Notes: generated by a model from the sequence alone, not told the origin. DNA of 32,000 nucleotides from Geotalea uraniireducens Rf4 (GCF_000016745.1 NC_009483.1:3990001-4022000); one strand, 5' to 3'; shown: positions 16,544-24,765, counted from the stretch's first letter. Translations and numbers: made by a program.

Positions 16544-17709
16544 TGGGCCTTCACCTTCATCCCGTCCCTGAATTTGGCCATCTCCTGCGGAAGCGCGGCG
16601 ACGACCAGCTCGCTTTTGTCCAGCCCGGCGGCAATCTCCGTGAAGTTGCACCGGTCTTCAACCCCCGCGGTGACCGTCTTGAATTTCAGCCTGCCATTCG
16701 CAACCGACCATACCCCCCTTTGTTTTTCCCTGGTGACCAGGGAGGCGGAGGGCAAGGCGGGAACGCTCTTTCTGGCTTCGGTCTCGATGTAGACTTCGGC
16801 CTGCTCCCCAAGCCGGTAATTCTTCAGCGGCTGGGCAAAGGCGACGTCCACCTCCAGTTCTTCGGTGACCCGGTCGCTCTCGCGGCCGAGGCGCGCCACC
16901 CGGCCGGGGAAATGCTCACCGGGGGCGGAGCGGAGCGTAATGACGGCCTTCTTGCCGACAGAAACCCCTTTCAGCTGGGACTCGTCCACATTGGCCTTCA
17001 CCCAAACGGTCCGTGGATCTGCCAGGGTGAAAATCGCCATCCCCGGCGTCACCGTGGCCCCCATTTCCAGGTCCCTGGTGATCACAACCCCATCCTGCGG
17101 CGCATAGATGAGGGTATCGGCCACCTTGCTCCGGGCAAATGCAAGTCCGGCACGGTTTGCCGACTGCTCCATATTTACCGCCTCCAGTGCAGCGGTGCAG
17201 CGTGCAACCTCCGCCTTGGCGACCTGATAAACGTTCTCGAACTGCTCGGCCTCCAGCTTGGAGACCAGGTTCTTTTCCGCCAGGGACTTGAAACGATGGG
17301 CGTTTTTCTCTGCCAGGGCAAGATTGGCCCGGGCCTTCAGGAGATTGGCCTGCTCCACCTGCCGGTTTGATGCGCTCCTCTCCACCCCGGCCTCCGACTG
17401 ATGCTGCTGCTGGACGACATCATCGTTTTCGAGCCTGGCAAGCAACTGGCCGCGCGTTACCCGGTCACCCTGATCGGCGTACAACGCAACTATCCTGCCG
17501 GTGATTTTGCTGGAAACCCCCACCACCACCTTGGCCTCAACGGTGCCGTTGCCGTAGACCTGCGCGGTCAGGTCGCGCATTTCGACCTTAACGACCTTTA
17601 CCCGCGCCGGAGCAAGGATTGTCGACTTAAGGACGACGACAGCGACGAAAAGGATCAGGGGCCAGAGCAGATACTTTTTCTTTCGTGCCATTTTTTTCAG
17701 TAGATTCAT
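16540..17709 (-). CDS. Efflux periplasmic adaptor subunit (HlyD/MFP family)
   Basis: Signal anchor, lipoyl/barrel segments (GRIVALYADQGDRVTRGQLLARL), a long coiled-coil hairpin, and a beta-barrel (VYIETEA). Confidence 0.88.
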   Translation of the reverse strand: MNLLKKMARKKKYLLWPLILFVAVVVLKSTILAPARVKVVKVEMRDLTAQVYGNGTVEAKVVVGVSSKITGRIVALYADQGDRVTRGQLLARLENDDVVQQQHQSEAGVERSASNRQVEQANLLKARANLALAEKNAHRFKSLAEKNLVSKLEAEQFENVYQVAKAEVARCTAALEAVNMEQSANRAGLAFARSKVADTLIYAPQDGVVITRDLEMGATVTPGMAIFTLADPRTVWVKANVDESQLKGVSVGKKAVITLRSAPGEHFPGRVARLGRESDRVTEELEVDVAFAQPLKNYRLGEQAEVYIETEARKSVPALPSASLVTREKQRGVWSVANGRLKFKTVTAGVEDRCNFTEIAAGLDKSELVVAALPQEMAKFRDGMKVKAQ

Positions 17710-17733
17710 TCTTCACTCCTTGGCGGTTGCTTC

Positions 17734-18993
17734 TCACTCTTTTCCCACCGCCCTGTCCAAACGGGCTGACGCGGTGTAATAATCATAGACTGCCTGTATA
17801 TGGGCTGTTTCCGCATCAAGAGCCTGGGATTGGGCATCGGTGACCTCGATGATACTCCCGACCCCTTCCTGGTAGCGTCCCATGGCAAGAGCCTGGTTTT
17901 CCCTGGCGGCAGCCACTTCCTTTTCCGTCGAGGCTATGCGGGCGGTCGCCTCCCTGACGCCAAGCCAGGACGATTCCACATCCCTCACGACCTGCAGCCT
18001 CTGGTTGTTTTGCTGGGCGTCGACGGCCCGCAGCTGCGCCACGGCCTCCTTTTCCTGCTGCACCGTGGAAAAGCCCGAAAAGAGCGGTATGGTCAGGTTC
18101 AATCCGACGCCCCACACCGTCCCTCCCGGCGGAAACTCCCTGTCCGCATAACCGGCGCTCGCCGTCCCCGAGAGGATGGGGAGATAACCGCTCCTGGCAA
18201 TTTTCAAGCCGGCGGCTGCCGAGCTTTTCAGCGCATTGAGCCGTTTCAGCTCGGCCCTGTTGGTCAGGGCCTCCTGCTGCACCCGGTTCCGTTCCGGTTC
18301 CGTATCAATCGCAGCAGAAGGCTCTACAACGGTGCTGGTTTCCAATGACGGAACACCCATGGCATTGGCAAGCTCGACCCGTGCGAGCTCCAGGTTGTTT
18401 TCCGCCCGGATCAGTGCGGTCTTGGCTGCAAACATGTTGGCCTCGGCCCTGGTCACATCCACCTTCGCCCTGATCCCCTCCCTGAAGAACTCTTCTGCCT
18501 GGCGATAAACCACTTCCCTTGCCCTGACAGTCTCTTTCACGGCATTGACCTGTTTTTCGGCAGCCAGCAGGAGATAGAAAGCCGCTCTGACCCGGTAAGC
18601 TATGTCCTGACGGGTTACGGCAAGCGTCTCGGCAGCAGCGGCGTTGTTGCCGCGCGCAGCATCAACAGCACCTGAGGTGCGGCCGAAATCATAGATGGTC
18701 TGCCTCAGGTAGAGGGCGTCCGTCTGCACTTCCGTTTGCTTGACGGCTTCGAGCGGCGTCAGGAAGGAGCGCCCTTTGCTCCAGTCTGCAGCAATGTTCA
18801 GTTGGGGGTAATAGTTGGCCAGTGCCTGGCCTGTCCGGGCCTCGGCGCCGTTCATATTCTCCCTGGCCTCGATCACCTGCGGGTGGTTTTTGAGCGCTAT
18901 GGCCAGGGCGTCGTCAAGGGTCAGGGGAGATGCGGCATGAAGTGGCGAAGCCAAAAGGAGCCATGTTGCCACGACGGTCGAAAACAATTTCAT
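17734..18993 (-). CDS. TolC-family outer membrane efflux protein
   Basis: Signal peptide MKLFSTVVATWLLLASPLHAA. The N-terminal motif LTLDDALAIALKNHPQV is TolC-like, and two OEP repeats with coiled-coil character follow. Confidence 0.88.
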   Translation of the reverse strand: MKLFSTVVATWLLLASPLHAASPLTLDDALAIALKNHPQVIEARENMNGAEARTGQALANYYPQLNIAADWSKGRSFLTPLEAVKQTEVQTDALYLRQTIYDFGRTSGAVDAARGNNAAAAETLAVTRQDIAYRVRAAFYLLLAAEKQVNAVKETVRAREVVYRQAEEFFREGIRAKVDVTRAEANMFAAKTALIRAENNLELARVELANAMGVPSLETSTVVEPSAAIDTEPERNRVQQEALTNRAELKRLNALKSSAAAGLKIARSGYLPILSGTASAGYADREFPPGGTVWGVGLNLTIPLFSGFSTVQQEKEAVAQLRAVDAQQNNQRLQVVRDVESSWLGVREATARIASTEKEVAAARENQALAMGRYQEGVGSIIEVTDAQSQALDAETAHIQAVYDYYTASARLDRAVGKE

Positions 18994-19061
18994 AATGATT
19001 TACCTATATATTGCGTTCAGAATTTAATGCGATTGAGTACTCACATATAATGCAAAAAAAA

Positions 19062-19652
19062 TCAGCGCACCAGCAGCAAAAAGTTATTCCAGAGTTTTTC
19101 CGCTTCCGCCTTGATGTCGAACGATGCGCCGCCGATGGTCCAGCGCAGCGCCGTGAACTGGATCATGCCGAGAAAAGTCAGCGCCGTCTCCCGCGGGGAA
19201 AGCCCCGGGCGCAAATCCCCTTCGTTGATCCCTGCGGCGATGACGCCGGAGACGGTCTCCACGTAGCTTCCCATGCGGAAGGCGATGTTTTCCGCCAGTC
19301 TGGGGTTCCCCAGGTGGACGTCCTCGGAAAAGATGAACCGAGGAAGGCCCGGATGCTCGTCAATCATGCTTATGTGCGAGAAAAAGATGGTCTCCAGTTT
19401 TTCCATGGGCTTCCGGCTTCCCGCCGCGATGGTTGCCGCCTTCCCCATGACGACCGTGCCGATGAAGTCCGCGAGGGCAAAATAGATGTCGTCCTTCCCG
19501 CCGAAGTGCCGATAGATGTTGGCTTCACTCATTCCGGCAGCTTCCGCGATGGCGGCAATGGTGAGCGCTTTTACCCCGCGCGTGCCTATTACCTCCAGGG
19601 CGGCCTGGACGATCTCTTCTTTTCGTATGCGTGTGCTTTTTTTTGGTTTCAT
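19062..19652 (-). CDS. TetR/AcrR-family transcriptional regulator
   Basis: The TetR_N HTH reads EIVQAALEVIGTRGVKALTIAAIAEAAGMSEANIYRHFGGKDDI. It is the first gene of the co-oriented efflux cluster. Confidence 0.9.
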   Translation of the reverse strand: MKPKKSTRIRKEEIVQAALEVIGTRGVKALTIAAIAEAAGMSEANIYRHFGGKDDIYFALADFIGTVVMGKAATIAAGSRKPMEKLETIFFSHISMIDEHPGLPRFIFSEDVHLGNPRLAENIAFRMGSYVETVSGVIAAGINEGDLRPGLSPRETALTFLGMIQFTALRWTIGGASFDIKAEAEKLWNNFLLLVR

Positions 19653-19661
19653 AATGTTTGT

Positions 19662-19679
19662 TGTGAGTGTATATTCACA
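19662..19679. promoter_or_regulatory. Candidate TetR operator (imperfect palindrome TGTGA-N8-TCACA) 10 nt upstream of tetR
   Basis: TGTGAGTGTATATTCACA. A related TGAGTACTCACAT site with a perfect 10-bp palindrome sits at 19034-19043, between tetR and tolC. Confidence 0.4.
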
Positions 19680-19769
19680 TGATAAACCGACTTTTACTTC
19701 GGAGTCAACATATTATCTGCTCGCAGTCGGCAATGCCATGCCACACGAAACAATACGTATGGATGTTTT

Positions 19770-19804
19770 TGCACCTGTTTGCACCCGAAGTGCAGATATT
19801 GCAT
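19770..19804. promoter_or_regulatory. Cluster of TGCAC half-sites including the palindrome TGCAC-CCGAA-GTGCA (NtrC-type enhancer-like)
   Basis: TGCACC at 19770-75, TGCACCCGAAGTGCA at 19780-94, TTGCAT at 19799-804. The cluster lies about 80-100 bp upstream of a TGGCAT element (19870-75). Confidence 0.4.
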
Positions 19805-19869
19805 CATTTTACCTGACCACCCTCCAGCGCCACGCGCATATTGCCAAAGATATCAACATGTTACACATT

Positions 19870-19885
19870 TGGCATGCGGTGTGAT
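19870..19885 (+). promoter_or_regulatory. Weak sigma-54-like element (good -24 TGGCAT, degenerate -12 GTGA)
   Basis: TGGCATGCGGTGTGAT. The GG is present, but the position where GC is expected reads GA. About 40 nt upstream of the small secreted protein's ATG. Confidence 0.25.
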
Positions 19886-19924
19886 TAGTATAGCTCAAAA
19901 ATCACACCACAGGAGGAAGAGGAA

Positions 19925-20242
19925 ATGAAAAGAAAAATCATCAGCACGGTAGCAGTAATGGGGGTCCTTCTCTCGTTGAGCGCGGCAGACGTTTTTGCAG
20001 GGCGTGGCAACGGTGCGGGCAGCGGTGGCGGCAAGGGCCTTCGTGACGGCAGCTGCGTGAACACGACCGGAACGGCCACGAATGCGACACGGCCGGCAGG
20101 TTCGCAGCGCAGGGACGGCACCTTCCTGACAACCGGGGTGACCGCCAACGGTTCAACCACCCGCCCCGCTAACGGCAAAGGTCTGCAGGACGGCAGCCGT
20201 CTGGCCACCACTCCTGCCACGACCGCCCCGGCGGCGCAGTAA
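19925..20242 (+). CDS. Small secreted Gly/Thr-rich repeat protein (105 aa)
   Basis: Signal peptide MKRKIISTVAVMGVLLSLSAADVFA. Internal repeats are GKGLRDGS / RRDGT / GKGLQDGS and TRPAG / TRPAN. A strong RBS AGGAGG is present. No family that I can name. Confidence 0.6.
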   Translation: MKRKIISTVAVMGVLLSLSAADVFAGRGNGAGSGGGKGLRDGSCVNTTGTATNATRPAGSQRRDGTFLTTGVTANGSTTRPANGKGLQDGSRLATTPATTAPAAQ

Positions 20243-20263
20243 CTCGAAGCTTTAACGGCAAGC

Positions 20264-20303
20264 ATTCCCTCCATACGACTCGTATGGAGGGAATTACTTT
20301 TAT
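20264..20303 (+). terminator. Strong hairpin with a T-rich tail between the small secreted protein gene and the OB-fold gene (terminator or attenuator)
   Basis: ATTCCCTCCATACG-ACT-CGTATGGAGGGAAT (14-bp stem) followed by TACTTTTA. Confidence 0.6.
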
Positions 20304-20377
20304 CGTCCCAGTTGTTTAGAGCCATGATATGCACTTTGGCAGATATCAAAGCAATATTGTGATGGAGGAAACCGGAA

Positions 20378-20932
20378 ATGAAACAACTCCTTATCCAGGG
20401 TGTATTAATTTTGGCCACCCTTGCCTGGGGAGGCGAAACCGCTGCATTCTGGGGAAACGATGCCGAGCTGGGCACAAGCGGCCTGGATTACGCGAAAGGC
20501 TTTGATATCAATACGGTTGCCACAGTGAAAGGGACCATTGTGCAATCCCCCGTAGATCGGGGACAGGGCCATGCAATCATGGAAATGCGGACGGAGCAGG
20601 GACAGCTTAATGTGATCATGGGACCATGGTGGTTCTGGGAAAAGAATTCGATTCCGCTTGATAAAGGACATGAGGTGACCATAAGCGGGTCAAAGGCGCA
20701 GGGGAAGGATGGGGGGCTTTATCTGTTTGCCCAGGAGATCACAAACCGTTCCAAAGGACATTCTCTCACCATTCGCTCCGAAACGGGTGTTCCGCTCTGG
20801 TCGCGCGCCGACGCGAACGGCGCTGATGCTTCGAACCGGCGAACCGGTGCAAACTCCCGTCATGGCGGTGGTAACCGGTATGGCTCTTTCGGCGGCGGAA
20901 GGGGCGGCGGGGGACATGGCGGACGCAGATGA
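20378..20932 (+). CDS. Periplasmic OB-fold-like protein with a Gly/Arg/His-rich C-terminal tail
   Basis: Signal peptide. The core is VATVKGTIVQSPVDRGQGHAIMEMRTEQGQLNVIMGPWWFWEKNSIPLDKGHEVTISGSKA...LTIRSETGVPLWS. This resembles, from memory, the GPxW[FY] OB-type domain annotated as MamS/MamX-like or BOF-like. The tail is RHGGGNRYGSFGGGRGGGGHGGRR. Confidence 0.55.
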   Translation: MKQLLIQGVLILATLAWGGETAAFWGNDAELGTSGLDYAKGFDINTVATVKGTIVQSPVDRGQGHAIMEMRTEQGQLNVIMGPWWFWEKNSIPLDKGHEVTISGSKAQGKDGGLYLFAQEITNRSKGHSLTIRSETGVPLWSRADANGADASNRRTGANSRHGGGNRYGSFGGGRGGGGHGGRR

Positions 20933-20988
20933 TGCCGGCTCGTCACCCGGGCGCCGGCTACCTGTTTGAGGGCTGAAAGGATTAACGC

Positions 20989-21846
20989 ATGAATTTATAC
21001 TTTATCGCCAGTTCGTTGCTTCTGGCGATGTTATCACCAACTTGGGTGTACGCCGCTGAAGAAGAGAAAATCCCGACAGTATCGGTCAGCCTGGGCGTTG
21101 AATTCGCTTCCGGCAAGTACGGCACCGACATTACAACCGACACTGTTTACATGCCGCTGATCGTGACCTGGTTTCCCACTGCCCGTCTCGACGTGGGAAC
21201 GGAGATTCCTTTTGTCTATCAAAGTTCATCGCTCGTAACCACCGATATTTTCAGAGCATCACAGGTGAACGGCACGGCAAAGCTTGTCGCACGCCAGGGG
21301 GGGCCGGGGGGAAAGGGAGGAAATCATTCTGCCGCATCATCCAACGGAGCCGCAGAACCTGCGACTTCCGGAATGGGGGACATTATCCTCCGTATCGGTT
21401 ATGTCGCATTGGCTGAAGGCCGGAGAGCGCCGAGAATCCGCCCTTCCCTGTTCGTAAAATTCCCCACCGCCAGCGAACGTGACGGGTTGGGAACCGGAGA
21501 ATTAGATGCAGGCGCAGGCATGGAGGTTTCCAAGTGGTTTGACGATCTGATCGTAACCGCCGAGGCCTTTTACAACTACCAGGGAAAGGCAGCCGGTTTG
21601 GGTTTGAAAAATTACGTAAGCTATACGGTCGGCACAGGGTATCAGCTCACCGACCGATTCCGGCCGTTGCTCCTCGTCAGGGGAGCTTCCGAACCGGCCG
21701 AAGATGCGACAGATCTGCTTGAACTGCGAGCCAAAGGATTCTATGAAATAACCCGTAGGACTGGAATAGAAATGTACGCAGCCAAAGGAATAACGGACAG
21801 CAGCCCGGATTATGGCGGCGGAATAACCATGTATTATATGTTTTGA
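20989..21846 (+). CDS. Outer-membrane beta-barrel protein (MetA-pathway/transporter-like)
   Basis: Signal peptide ...SPTWVYAAEEE. Alternating beta-strand pattern, a Gly-rich loop and a C-terminal aromatic terminus ITMYYMF, typical of OMP barrels. Confidence 0.6.
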   Translation: MNLYFIASSLLLAMLSPTWVYAAEEEKIPTVSVSLGVEFASGKYGTDITTDTVYMPLIVTWFPTARLDVGTEIPFVYQSSSLVTTDIFRASQVNGTAKLVARQGGPGGKGGNHSAASSNGAAEPATSGMGDIILRIGYVALAEGRRAPRIRPSLFVKFPTASERDGLGTGELDAGAGMEVSKWFDDLIVTAEAFYNYQGKAAGLGLKNYVSYTVGTGYQLTDRFRPLLLVRGASEPAEDATDLLELRAKGFYEITRRTGIEMYAAKGITDSSPDYGGGITMYYMF

Positions 21847-21854
21847 GCAACCCG

Positions 21855-23075
21855 ATGCCGACACGGATTATTACCGGAATTGCATGCGGCTTTACGCTGT
21901 TTATCGGCTGGTTTACCTGGTCCATGTACACCACTGCACGGCCCATTGCCGAGGAAAGCCTGCGCGGCGCGGCGCTGTCGATTGCCGCAGCCGTTGAGCA
22001 CCTTGCCGACTCGGATCCATCCTTCGCCATGCTGGACGGTTATACATCCCCCGACCTGGCCTATCTTTCCGTTTCCGACCATAATGGCATCATCATCTTT
22101 CATACCAATAGCCGGCTTATCAACCAGCGGCTGAAAACGTCCTTAAACCGGCCCAGAGGCGCAAACGGATTTGACGAGCGACGGGTGCGTCTCGGCACCG
22201 GCGAGGAAGCATATCTGGCCCGCATGCCGCTGCACGCCGACGGGAAAGAGTACCTGCTGACCCTCGCTTTGCATACCCATCGCTATGATCGGGTTATCCG
22301 GCGCGCGAAAACAGGGGTGACCGTTCTTGCTGCCATGGTATGCACGGGATGGCTGCTGGTTATGATCATATCCCGCTATATGCGTCGCGAGGAAATACAT
22401 CGCCTAGAGATGCACCATCGTGAAGAAATGGTAAGACTGGGAGAGTTGGGGGCGCTGCTTGCCCATGAGATTCGCAACCCGCTGGGCGGCATAAAAGGCT
22501 TTGCCCAGCTCGTGGAAGAATCGGACGATGCACAGCGGTCGGCCGGTTTTGCATCGAAGATCGTGGCACAGGCATCCCGGCTGGAGGATTTGGTCAACGA
22601 TCTGCTCGCCTTTGCCCGCGAAGAAAAAGATGCACACCTACCGCTTGATCTGGCCCCGCTGGTAGAGGAAAGTGTCGCACTCGTGCGCCATGAAGCCGAA
22701 CAGCAGCACATCGATGTGAAGCTCTCCATAGCACACGGAATCGTTGTCCCGATAGCGGCAGAACGGATCGAACAGCTTCTGCTCAATCTATGCAAAAACG
22801 CCGTGCAAGCCATGCCCGACGGAGGTGAACTGCGTGCCGAACTGCGCCGGGAGCGCAACATGGCGATAATAACCATTGCCGACAACGGCATCGGGATACA
22901 ACCAACGTATCTGGATCATATCTTTGAACCATTCTGGACCAGCAAGGTGCGAGGGACGGGTTTGGGACTGGCGCTCTGCCGACGGATTGCCGAAGAACAC
23001 GGCGGCGCCGTCCGGGTGAAGAGCGCTGTGAACCAGGGGAGCGTGTTCACGGTAGAACTTCCATTGACGACATGA
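21855..23075 (+). CDS. Sensor histidine kinase (NtrB/ZraS/AtoS-like HisKA)
   Basis: Two TM segments flank a sensor region of about 130 aa. H-box LAHEIRNPLGGI, N-box LLNLCKNAVQA, G1 DNGIGI, G2 GTGLGLAL. ATG 21855 is preferred over TTG 21843. Confidence 0.88.
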   Translation: MPTRIITGIACGFTLFIGWFTWSMYTTARPIAEESLRGAALSIAAAVEHLADSDPSFAMLDGYTSPDLAYLSVSDHNGIIIFHTNSRLINQRLKTSLNRPRGANGFDERRVRLGTGEEAYLARMPLHADGKEYLLTLALHTHRYDRVIRRAKTGVTVLAAMVCTGWLLVMIISRYMRREEIHRLEMHHREEMVRLGELGALLAHEIRNPLGGIKGFAQLVEESDDAQRSAGFASKIVAQASRLEDLVNDLLAFAREEKDAHLPLDLAPLVEESVALVRHEAEQQHIDVKLSIAHGIVVPIAAERIEQLLLNLCKNAVQAMPDGGELRAELRRERNMAIITIADNGIGIQPTYLDHIFEPFWTSKVRGTGLGLALCRRIAEEHGGAVRVKSAVNQGSVFTVELPLTT

Positions 23076-23094
23076 AAATTCCGAGGTGACGGGT

Positions 23095-24456
23095 ATGTCC
23101 GCAAATATTCTCGTGGTCGAAGACGATGCCGGATTCAGCGAACTGCTGGCAACGATCCTCAAAGACGACGGCCACATGGTGACAATTGCAACCGATGGCG
23201 GCGAAGGCTTGCGACGTATCAGGCAGGAGCGGTTCGACCTTGTTCTGAGCGACTTGAAGATGCCGGTGAAAAGCGGTCTCGAACTGTTCCGCGAAACCCG
23301 CCAGGACGCTGCACCGCCTCTGTTCATCTTCATAACCGCCTTCGGCAAAGTGGAAGAAGCAGTTGCCGCCATCAAGGAAGGTGCCTTCGATTTTCTGACC
23401 AAACCGCTCAAAGACCCGCGCAGCCTGCGTGACTCTGTCAAACGGGCACTGGAGAGTGTGGAGCGCGAACGGCTGTTTATCTCGCTGAAAGATATGGAAC
23501 GGTCCGGTCTCCCGCCGGACGAACTGATCTTTTCCGGCTCGGCCATGGACGCGGTAAGAAAAATGATTTATGATGTAGCTCCCTCGACGGCAACGGTGCT
23601 GATTCATGGCGAAAGCGGCACGGGCAAAGAGCTCGTTGCCCGGATGATCCACCTCTTGAGCAAACGAAAAGGAGCAGCCTTCATCCCGCTGAACTGCGCG
23701 GCCATCCCGGAAAACCTGCTTGAGAGCGAACTGTTCGGCCACGAAAAGGGGGCTTTCACCGGCGCCATGCAGGCACGACGAGGCAAGTTCGAATTGGCCG
23801 AGGGAGGGACGATCTTTCTCGACGAAATCGGTGAAATGCCGGCACTGTTGCAGGCAAAGCTGCTGCGCGTCCTCCAGGAAAGGGTCTTCGAACGGGTGGG
23901 AGGCTCAATGCAGATCAGGACGAATGTGCGAGTGATTGCTGCCACGAATAGGGATTTAAACCGGGAGGTGGCAGAAAAGCGTTTTCGTGACGACCTGTTC
24001 TACCGGCTGAACGTGTTCCCCATCACCGTGCCTCCGCTTCGCGCAAGGCTTGACGCCCTTGCCGGTCTGGCTCGCTACTTCTGTGCCCGGTTCGCCGTAA
24101 AAACCGGCAAAAAACTGAAAGGTATCAACCCGGAGGCGTTGCGGCTCATGAAAGCCTATCACTGGCCCGGGAACATCCGTGAACTGCAAAACGTCATCGA
24201 ACGCGGAGTCATCCTGGCACGAGAAGAACTTACCGCCCCCGAGTTGCCGGCCATGATTGCCGGAAAGGAAACGGAAGGTGGCCCAAAGGTCGGCATCTTG
24301 AAAGACATCGAACGAAACTGCATACTGGAGGCGCTGAAAAACAACCGTGGAAACCGGCGCATGGCAGCCGAGACACTCGGAATTTCAAAGCGGACCCTGC
24401 AATACCGGCTCAAGGAGTTGGGACTGGTCGCCGGTAAAACGGAAATTACCCCATAG
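23095..24456 (+). CDS. Sigma-54-dependent response regulator (REC-AAA+-Fis HTH, NtrC family)
   Basis: REC with DLVLSDLKMP, Walker A GESGTGKE, the sigma-54 contact loop ESELFGHEKGAFTGA, and the C-terminal HTH NRRMAAETLGISKRTLQYRLKE. ATG 23095 follows GAGG. Confidence 0.92.
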   Translation: MSANILVVEDDAGFSELLATILKDDGHMVTIATDGGEGLRRIRQERFDLVLSDLKMPVKSGLELFRETRQDAAPPLFIFITAFGKVEEAVAAIKEGAFDFLTKPLKDPRSLRDSVKRALESVERERLFISLKDMERSGLPPDELIFSGSAMDAVRKMIYDVAPSTATVLIHGESGTGKELVARMIHLLSKRKGAAFIPLNCAAIPENLLESELFGHEKGAFTGAMQARRGKFELAEGGTIFLDEIGEMPALLQAKLLRVLQERVFERVGGSMQIRTNVRVIAATNRDLNREVAEKRFRDDLFYRLNVFPITVPPLRARLDALAGLARYFCARFAVKTGKKLKGINPEALRLMKAYHWPGNIRELQNVIERGVILAREELTAPELPAMIAGKETEGGPKVGILKDIERNCILEALKNNRGNRRMAAETLGISKRTLQYRLKELGLVAGKTEITP

Positions 24457-24459
24457 ATT

Positions 24460-24696
24460 ACGGCAAGCCAGCGTTGTCCGGTTTGGTTTTTGCTTACGTC
24501 CCGTAGGGACAGAATACTGGTAGCCGGGGAATTCATTCCCCGGTCATCCAGGCGAAATATCATCACGTCACGTACGTGACGTGGGGAAATATAGCATCTC
24601 ATCCGGGGGATGAATCCCCCGGCTACATTCGAACGCCCCTAATGGGGCTTAACAACCTTGATGCACAAACCAAACCGGACAACGCTGACGGCAAGC
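24460..24696. mobile_element. 219-bp MITE (24469-24687) with perfect 21-bp terminal inverted repeats and a 9-bp target-site duplication ACGGCAAGC
   Basis: Left TIR CAGCGTTGTCCGGTTTGGTTT (24469-89); right TIR is its exact reverse complement (24667-87). Direct repeats ACGGCAAGC at 24460-68 and 24688-96. The interior is a near-palindrome of two arms of about 105 bp, centred on CACGTCACGTACGTGACGTG, with paired GC hairpins. No coding capacity. Confidence 0.85.
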
Positions 24697-24765
24697 AGAC
24701 ATTTCAGCCGCCGCATTCACGGAAATCCCTTCTCCGACAACATCAGCAAGAAAGGTCTAAGATCC

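Noticed and set aside
15341-16651. Longer 436-aa version of the ABC permease.
   Set aside because: The extra 36 residues are an Arg/Gly-rich read-through of the hlyD 3' end. The ATG at 16543 forms an ATGA overlap with the hlyD stop and starts right before TM1.
20331-20360. Sigma-54 promoter TTGGCAGATATCAAAGCA upstream of the OB-fold gene.
   Set aside because: The GG-to-GC spacing is one nucleotide too long (11 instead of 10 intervening nt) and the -12 region reads AAGC. Sigma-54 spacing is strict.
24479-24494. Sigma-54 promoter CGGTTTGGTTTTTGCT inside the left MITE TIR driving the CDF gene.
   Set aside because: The GG-N10-GC spacing is right, but the -24 block reads CGGTTT rather than TGGCAC. 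The same motif recurs in the other TIR simply because the ends are inverted repeats. It is mentioned only as a possibility within the MITE finding.
24658-24765. N-terminal extension of the CDF-like ORF (track start 24658).
   Set aside because: The first 36 codons lie inside the MITE and its target-site duplication and encode a non-membrane, basic peptide. The ATG at 24766 gives a sensible N-terminus.
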